From Bugula neritina (lineage: Eukaryota > Animalia > Bryozoa), in the NCBI GenBank assembly GCA_964035545.1, contig OZ037765.1, forward strand, positions 9,496,698 to 9,560,697: 64,000 nt of DNA, in the 5' to 3' direction. The position numbers and the translations under genes are program-made. Below, piece after piece: positions 52,918-61,120 of this stretch (position 1 is the first letter of the stretch; the number at the start of each line of letters is the position of its first letter). The notes under the pieces are model-generated. The model ran no database searches and was not told the DNA's origin. It saw nothing but the letters and a program-made list of their open reading frames with translations.

Positions 52918-55320
52918 CTACAAATATATAACAAACATTAACAAATACTAGTTATATTCAGTTATTTAAACAAGATACTAGTTCCTTCTTAATTGCATTG
53001 TTTAAATCACCAGGATCATATAAAAAATTAATTTTTCTAATTTTTACATTTTACATAAAACAGAAAAAAAAATTAAATTCATGACAGTTTCTTATTGGTG
53101 TATAAAAAAGAAAAGGAAAAGGAAATACTGAAAAAATGCTCTTTATCAACATTAGTATCATAAGTAAGTACTATTGCACAAAGTTACTAGGTTTACCAAA
53201 AACACTTCAGTGTGCCATGTTTTGTATCATTTTTAGAATAAATAAAATGCAACCAACTATAGAACATGAAAAAGCAAGAGTAGTCTCTTCTCAACAAATT
53301 AAGAATAACTCTAAATAGTATGCAGCCCAAACATATAAACTACATGCTGTTTAGTAAGACTCCATTCATCAAGTGTTGACATACAAGTTTACCACAGTTA
53401 CTACAGCATGAATTATATGCTTGTGTTAGAGTTGTTCTCTACTGCACAGCCTAACCTGAATCTTGAGAGACTTATAACATTATGACAGCCTAAACCCACA
53501 TTTTATCAGATTACTATTACACTTCACCAAAGACATGATAGAAACAGTTTTACTTTAGTAATTTGTTGGTAGCCTGTATACTTCAAAATTTACCATGATG
53601 GATCTGCTAATAATAATATATATGTCTTCTTAGTACGTAAACGTTAACAAGCAATGTGTGTGGGTCACACAACAATCACTGCAATTCTGTCAAAACACTC
53701 AGTCAAATTCCTTCAGTCACAATAAAAAAAAACTAAAATATTTTTGAACGGTTTAGCCGGCAGTATTTCCTGATCTTGAATTTTAATTTTTGGAAAAAGA
53801 GAAGGAAAATGGTTAGTTGAAGCCTAAAGTTAGAGATCTTCTGAATGATTCTGAATTTTGATTGAGGTTTGGAACTCATGCTAGGTTCCAACAGAGGTAT
53901 TCTACATGAAAGTGGTACAGCAAAAACATACTCCTTTAGTAAAGAATACTACTCTCTATTCACTGGAAAGCCTGTAATTGTACAAATATTATATTGTCCT
54001 AAAAAGGAACACTCATAACTTATCAAATTTATATAACATTTTAGAATTGCACACAAACTCTTATCACATAAATAATTTCAAATCATTTTCTTTCTCTCAT
54101 TGAAAGACTTGTTGGAACAAAGGATTAAATACAATGATTACACTACTGCATACAGTGAACTTACACTGGCTTCCAAATCAGTTGTTTTGTCAATCAAATC
54201 CTCCAATCGCTCTCCTCGCTGAAGCACTTTCTCAATGTTTTCCGTCATGACACCTTTCACTTCATTCACCTGGGCTTGCAGTTTAGTAAAGCTATCTCCT
54301 TCCTCCTTAGAGAAGCGAGTCTGTTAAAGATACATAGTGGTAAACTTATTATTCTAATATGGCATGGGAAGTTGAATTTATCAACCATTTAACGGAGAAA
54401 GATAGAACGATAAAATAGTGCTAAACAAGCATATAGTGTTACATTTCAGTAATGTACATAAAATACATATTCATTAGAAAAATCGTTTAATACTACATTT
54501 TTTCTTCTAATTTAGCTTACTATAACACAATACAGAATAGGCTCCTTACATAGTTTGTAATATGTAATATATCTAATACTTCAACAAATTACTTTGCGTG
54601 TCTTTTTAAGCATATGATATCATAAATATCCAGCACATAAAAGTGCTACACTGTGTCTAAACTCTGATGGGTGATGGAAGAAGCCAGTAATGAAAACTCT
54701 AGTCTAAAAAAAGTAGAGAAGTGACATGCCATTTGTGTGTGGAGAACATTAGAGAAATCCTGCTGCAGCTCCATGTGCCCTGCGGATCCGGCTCGAACCA
54801 CCAAAGAGCCACCAGTAAACTTTTGCACAATCTACAATAAACATAAAATAGAAAAAAGTAGCAAATAAAATATTTACATTATTTGCAATCAGAGCAGAAA
54901 AAAGAAACAACTCAAACATATGTTATCCACAAACTTACTTCATCAAGAAATTGGAATGCTCGAGCTTTTCTATAATTGGTTGGAGTTGCACAAAGATAAA
55001 TAATGCCCCCTTGTACGACCACGTGGAATACATACCTGTAAAAGATAGACAAAAGAATACAACTGTGAATTAAACAGATTTACCTAAATTCTAATGATTG
55101 AAAAAAATTATTCAAAAACATTTATAATAAATAACCTGACATAACAATTTTTTATATCTTACTGGTCAGAGCCACTGTAAGTTGTCCTTGTATTTGCTGA
55201 TGTTCTAATATTTTGTATCATTGACTCCGCAACTGCATCAAAGTTACTACTACTATCTCTTTGTTTACAGCAAAGAATAGTTGGTCCTCTTGAAATAGCG
55301 CAGAATAATACTCCAGACAT
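52714..55320 (-). CDS. VAMP7: Vesicle-associated membrane protein 7 (longin R-SNARE), complete, 238 aa
   Basis: Exons 55320-55163, 55035-54939, 54831-54730 (GC donor), 54320-54165, 52917-52714 total 717 nt. Longin domain ([16 protein letters not shown]...YVFHV...IIYLCAT...RAFQFLDE), R-SNARE motif [32 protein letters not shown], juxtamembrane [12 protein letters not shown]-terminal TM helix. Confidence 0.93.
54165..54320 (-). CDS. VAMP7: VAMP7 SNARE-motif exon
   Basis: [52 protein letters not shown]. Confidence 0.93.
54730..54831 (-). CDS. VAMP7: VAMP7 exon 3
   Basis: [34 protein letters not shown]; ends at ATG|GCATGT. Confidence 0.8.
54939..55035 (-). CDS. VAMP7: VAMP7 exon 2
   Basis: [32 protein letters not shown]. 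Confidence 0.9.
55163..55320 (-). CDS. VAMP7: VAMP7 first coding exon
   Basis: AAG ATG start; [20 protein letters not shown]...RTTYSGSD. Confidence 0.88.
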
Positions 55321-55559
55321 CTTGGTTTTGATACACCAATGCTGAAAATGGTTTAACAACAGTGTCCTGCAATTTATGTAAAAAGTTGATTCGTAATTAG
55401 TGGAAATTAAAAGAGTTGAGTATTAAAAATCTAACAAATTTAGTTACATATTAGGCGGGAAGGTATAGATAGATAGATGCTGTAGTGTTATACTCCTATA
55501 CTTCAACATTGTGTTCAATGAAATGCCAATAACAATAGTTAAACTTAAACTAGTAATTA

Positions 55560-56300
55560 TTCCTAGTGATTATGGTATAGCTAAAATAAAAATAAAACAC
55601 AAACAAAATTGACTAAAACTAAAAACAAATATAACACTAATACTAATTGTATTACATACAAAAAAAATTAATAATACTAATAGTAGTACTAATAACTATA
55701 AACAATAAATAATACCTATTACTGTGATTAGGAGTTTTACGGAGGCCTACCAAATAACTAATAAACTATAAGACTAAGTTGAAGCAGTAGCTAATAAATA
55801 GTTATAGTGGCATTATTATTACTAATACTATAACTATAAGTATAGCTATTGCTATTAGTATTATTATTAGTGCAACTATAAGCGTAAGTATAAGTACTAC
55901 GTTTACTATTAGTATTAGTATTGACGATTATAATGATTATAATTCAAAATAAATTAATTTTAAATAGATATTTACTTTTACATTAATACATTATTATAAT
56001 TTTAGACAGAGTTGAAGTTTGAGTAATAACTAAGTCTAATAGTAATTAGTTAGTAATAACTAATAAGTATAACTGAAACTGAAAGTAAATAAAATTAGAT
56101 TAATCACTAATCAATAATTATAAATTTAGTAGTAATACCGCTACTACTACTAGTACTAATAATAATAATAATTAATAAACTAATACTAATAGTAATAGTA
56201 ATACCAAGTCTAACACTAACAGTAATAGTAATAACTAATAGTAATAAGTTTACTAATAGTAACAATAATAAGTAATACTAACACTAATACTAATAGTAAT
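55560..56300. repeat. AT-rich degenerate hexamer low-complexity domain (AATAGT/AATACT)
   Basis: Runs such as ACTAATAGTAATAGTAATAC read directly. Confidence 0.8.
55752..55812 (+). repeat. 61-bp perfect direct repeat, copy A (degenerate similarity extends about 100 bp further 5')
   Basis: Identical to 59249-59309. Confidence 0.9.
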
Positions 56301-57616
56301 CGAAGCAATGGGGAAAGCAATCGAAGTGATCATCACACTGGACCGCCCTAGAGGGAGGAAGGGGTGTGCCGCATATGGGTAATGTGTTGGACAGTCATTG
56401 GTCAATAGTCACATAGTTAGTACTGTTTGGGCTGTATTTACTGAACAGGAACTTAATCCTGTCTATGTAGAGATCTCTGAATTATTGCTTTGGTTGTGAA
56501 CAATTTTCAGGTCCCGGATAATCCTTGGGAGAAAACTGTTCAGGTACTTGGTACTGTTAGCACCCACTGATCAGGGCTGTCCCCTTGCTTGGAAGTGAGT
56601 ATGTATGGTGCTGTTTGTTGGTTTGTTCAGCAGGTCATCATAGGCAGAGCTGAGAGCAAGATGTTGCTCTTCTTTTGCTAGAATATTCATGAGGAGATTA
56701 ATACGTCTGTTACCCCTTCTTTGTTCAAGGGGTTGTTGTAAGCACTTTCGATATCTTCACGGCTTTTAATATTGGCTATGAATCGCACTGCATCCACTTG
56801 TGTCTTTTTTAAGCCAGAAATATCCTTCTTGCAAGTTGGGTCCCAAATTGCACTAGCATACTTTAGGTGTGGTAGACACAAAGCTTTGTATGCAATCAAC
56901 CGAGCTCGTTTTGAGGCCCAGCAGAGAGCTCTTTTAATCATACCTAATTGTCTTCTAGCCTTTAGTACTTTATTTGATATATGATTGTTGAACCTGCAGT
57001 CTGATTGCAGTGTAACACCCAAGTATTTTGTAGAGTCTACATGGTCTAGCACTGACTCATTCAATGTGTAATTGGGAGTATCTTCTACAGAGTTGGGACT
57101 TATTATTTTGCTCTTAACGATGTTGAATGACATACCTCACTTGTCTGCCCCACGCACCAAGAGAATCTAGATTTCGTTGGAACCTGCTGCAGTGACTAAA
57201 TGAGGTCATCTCCTGGTAGACAAGGGTATCATCAGCAAGCTAGGAACATGAGCAGTCAAGACAGTCAGGTAGGTCATTAATAAAAATGAGGAAAATTACT
57301 GGCCCTAAAATCGATCCTTGTGGCACACCTGAGGTAAATGGTAACAGATCCAAGGTGTGACCTTGTAAAACTACTCTTTGTGTTTGATTGGTTAGGAAGT
57401 TACTTATCGGTATCTAGCGTAGAACGTATTCATCCAAATCTGCCATCTCTGAAAGCTTTTTCATTAGAAGGACGTGAGGCACTCGAGCAAATGCTTTAGT
57501 GAAGTCCAAAACAGCTGCATGAACAGTTTGGTGTGTATCTGTGGAATAGATTATATCGTACATAGTTGCACAGATTTGTGTTTTCCAAGAGAGGCCTTTT
57601 CTAAACCCATGCTGCC
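56301..57616 (-). mobile_element. 5'-truncated, frameshifted CR1-group non-LTR retrotransposon, copy 2
   Basis: RT motifs QHGFRKG, LDFTKAF, SGVPQGSILGP, FINDLPD, ADDT, KYLGVTLQ; same 3' region as 10261-11010; flanked by TAGTAAT on both sides. Confidence 0.92.
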
Positions 57617-57934
57617 TAGTAATAGTAATACTAATAGTATAAGTATTACTAATAGTAATACTAATACTATTATTAATAGTAATAGTAATACATTTACTGA
57701 TTTAGTAAATGAAATACTAATAGTAATACTAATAAGTAATAGTTAAACTTAATGTTATACCTAATCCTATAGTGAATTAGTGAACTACAAATACAAGTAT
57801 AACTTAAACTTATCAATTGTCTAACGATACCTACAAGTACATCTAAAATAAAAGCTCTAAAAGTAACTAGTTGAGAATAGTTGAGGTAGCTATTATTATT
57901 ATTATAATTTTAATATTATTTATAAGTTATTGTC

Positions 57935-58170
57935 TGATAGGAAGGGCAAAGCAATGGGCTGAATGACGGAAGTGGAACCATAATAAAGCAATTCCAATGT
58001 CGTCAATAAGATGCCACCTACGGTGTCATGCAATAAATTTGTATTTAAAAACCGTCGATGTTGAACATGAAATAAAAACCAAGGCTAAATATTGCAAAGG
58101 TATATTTAATGTCAAGGTCGAAAAAATGTCTGGTGGCTAGTTCAAAGTTCGAACCCCCATACAATTGCAC
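57935..58170 (+). promoter_or_regulatory. Candidate ABCD promoter / first exon
   Basis: CpG cluster, ETS-like CGGAAGTG at 57967-57974, possible donor AAG|GTATAT at 58099/58100; function is inference. Confidence 0.35.
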
Positions 58171-59248
58171 AATTATATTATTTATAATGATTAATATTAA
58201 TTATAATCATAATCATAAACAGAACATTTAGTGTTGCATAAAACAAAACATTTATATTACTAATTAATATTTTAATATATTAGTTTTGGTATTAGTATCA
58301 ATATAAATATGTATAAGTCTCTGTGATTATCAATATCAATATGAATATGAATATGACAATCACAATATGAATATGAATATCATAAATGTCACAATGATAA
58401 TCATTATGATTATTAGTAATCTTATATTTATTATTATTAGTCATATTCAATTTATTCATTATCATTATGATTATCATTATGTGAAACCTAAAATTTACTA
58501 TTAGTATTAGTATTACTATTACTATTAGTATTAGTATTACTATTAGTATTAGTATTAGTATTGGACTAATTTCAATATGAGTTTAACTTCAACTCAACGA
58601 GAATTGTTAATTGTAACTATTGGTGTGGTGTTTATGGCTTTATTGTGAAACTAAAGCAGTGATCATGTATTATGTAATTATTTGTCATCATCATTATGTA
58701 CTCCTATACTATACAATTAGAATTACATTTTACATGGTAATTTGTATTGTATTTGTTGTAATTCAATAGCAGTCAAAACAATTACTATTAGTGAGTATTA
58801 CTGTTAGGACTACAAGTGCAGTTATGCAATAGTTCTGTTTTGTGAATGTAAATTTGAATGCTGTCTGTTTTGAGTCATTATTTAGTGTTGGGTGAATAAA
58901 ATTTGTTATGAGCCTTAAGAGAACTGTTTTAATCACAGTTAGTGTGAGTGTTTAAGTCTTTAACTTTAGGTTTTAGTTACAATTATAGCTTTAGTTTAAG
59001 TTTAACTAAAATATTTGAATTTATAAGTTATAACTTATAAGTTATGACTTAAAAGATTAAAATACTCATACTGAGTCTGAATCTGATACTTATATTGATA
59101 GTGATACTCTACCTGTACCTATACTATTACTAATATAGTAATACTAATAGTAATACATACAAAAGATTAATAATAGTACTATTAGTACTAATAACTATAA
59201 GTAATAAGTAGTAACTATTACTGTGATTATGAGTATTGCGGAAATAAG

Positions 59249-59309
59249 AAATAACTAATAAACTATAAGACTAAGTTGAAGCAGTAGCTAATAAATAGTT
59301 ATAGTGGCA
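59249..59309 (+). repeat. 61-bp perfect direct repeat, copy B
   Basis: Identical to 55752-55812. Confidence 0.9.
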
Positions 59310-60003
59310 CCATGATTTACTAAATATAGATTAAAATTTATGGGTTGTATATTAATAATAGTGTATTCCCCTTCTATAAATGCTCTTCAAAGCTTGTTAG
59401 TAGTTTCAAGCTATTGTCAATTGCAAGAGATAGTACATAAAATTTTAAAACATTATAATTTATACAAATTTTAATGCTACCAGTGAAGTTTTATATTATG
59501 AGCTAAATGGTGTGACAATGATACAAAAGTCAACATTTGAAGAAATAATTTACGAGAAGAGGACTATTAGCCAATTGTGAGATTTTGTCATGTTGCAGGC
59601 AGGATTCAGCAATTGATGGATTAGCATCATGCAATCCTAGAAAATATTTTTCTTTTAATAATAAATAAGTTGATTTCATAAATTATCAAATAAAGAATTT
59701 ATGTGTATGGCAATATGATTTATATTTAGTTTATACATATTGTATGTGTTTCATAAATACCAATAATGGACAATTATTTTACCCAGTTTAAGTTCTATCT
59801 AAACACATGCTCCACAATATCAACTGCCACACTTTTGTTATTGTGAAAATTAATAACGGTAATAATTTTATGCACATCATTCTCCAATTATATACATTTT
59901 ATCACTTCTTTCAGCTTATATGAGTGGGAATCAATGTCATTGTTTACCAAAGGACTCACAGCAAATACATGTAAGTAAAATTAATTTTTTAAAATGTTGA
60001 AAA

Positions 60004-60213
60004 CTTATGGAGGTTTATAGTCCTTATCCCTGTGAAGACCCCTGGTGGAAAAGGTTTTCTTTAAAGTGGGCTAAGGACTTATTGATATGTGGCACAGGAG
60101 CAATTAAGACTAGATGCTCTTCTTAGCATCACCAATGGCCTTTACTGGGGTTCGAACCCATGACTTGGTGTTTAATAATTCAACACTCTAACCCCTAGAC
60201 CACGGCTGCTCCC
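60004..60213 (-). mobile_element. tRNA-derived SINE, copy 2 (3'-truncated, in an ABCD 5' intron)
   Basis: Reverse complement GGGAGCAGCCGTGGTCTAGGGGTTAG...GGTTCGAACCCCAGTAAAGGCCATTGGTGATG aligns to 37473 onward. Confidence 0.8.
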
Positions 60214-60342
60214 TGTTAGTTCGACTTTTGTTAACGTAGGCTTCTATATTTTATGAATAGTGTCTCAATTAAAATATTTATTTGCATATGTTTTGAGGTA
60301 TTTTGCTGAAAACCTATATTATATCTTTTGATCTATTTTTAG

Positions 60343-61120
60343 GGAGGCTAGAGCATTTGATTTTATAAAGAAAAAGCCAGTCAAGTTTGCTGCATGTGGC
60401 GCTACCAGTTTGGTAGCGTTATGGGGCATCAAGAAAGCAATTCATATTATTTCTTCTCGGGGAGCGAAACGTAAAGAAACTGGTGCTGGTAATGAAGAGT
60501 TGACTGAATCAAACCCACGGACCAAAAGCTCCGGCAAGAAAAGCCCAGCTGTTAATAAAGAATTTATAAAAGAATTAATAGAGTTGTTGAGAGTTCTTAT
60601 TCCGGGATTTTGGTCTCGAGAAAATGCCATTCTGACGACACATACCGTCTCTTTGATAATCCGTACTTTTCTATCTATATATGTTGCTAAATTAGACGGG
60701 AAAATTGTAAAAACTATAGTGCAGAAGGATGCCATCAAGTTCTTGAGAATGCTGGCCCTGTGGGTCGGTATAGCTATTCCTGCAACATTTGTCAACAGCT
60801 TGATTCGCTACCTGGAAAGCAGGTTGGGTCTTGCATTGCGCACGAGGCTTGTAGATCATGCCTACAAGCTATACTTTAGCAACCAAACGTATTACAGAGT
60901 CAGCAATTTAGATGGAAGGCTAGCCAATGTAGATCAATGTCTTACCGATGATATTACAACATTTACACAATCTATTTCACATCTTTATTCTCATCTCACA
61001 AAACCATTTCTGGATGTTGCATTGATGAGCTACACTTTAACAACATTAGCTACAAGCAGGGGCGCCAGCTCGAAATTACCCACTATTCTTGCTGCTTCTG
61101 TTATAGTGATAACATTCAGG
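60343..61120 (+). CDS. ABCD2: ABCD large TM-domain exon
   Basis: Overlaps ORF 60410..61147; donor AGG|GTATGT. Confidence 0.92.

Larger units (their letters stand above)
57617..59310. repeat. AT-rich degenerate hexamer domain (AATAGT, AATATG, TATTAG/TATTAC), interrupted by a complex island at about 57935-58170
   Basis: Pure TATTAG/TATTAC array at about 58497-58562; AATATG run at about 58330-58385. Confidence 0.8.

Noticed and set aside
56294-57623. TAGTAAT as a proven 7-bp target-site duplication of LINE copy 2
   Set aside because: Present on both sides, but expected by chance inside an AATAGT array, so not counted as independent evidence.
57474-57746. ORF with an Asn/Ser/Thr repeat (SNSNTNSISITNSNT)
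   Set aside because: Antisense to the LINE and running into the AATAGT/AATACT array; a translation artefact.
58128-58160. B-box-like GTTCGAACCC in the promoter-like island
   Set aside because: No properly spaced A box or cloverleaf; not callable as a Pol III gene.
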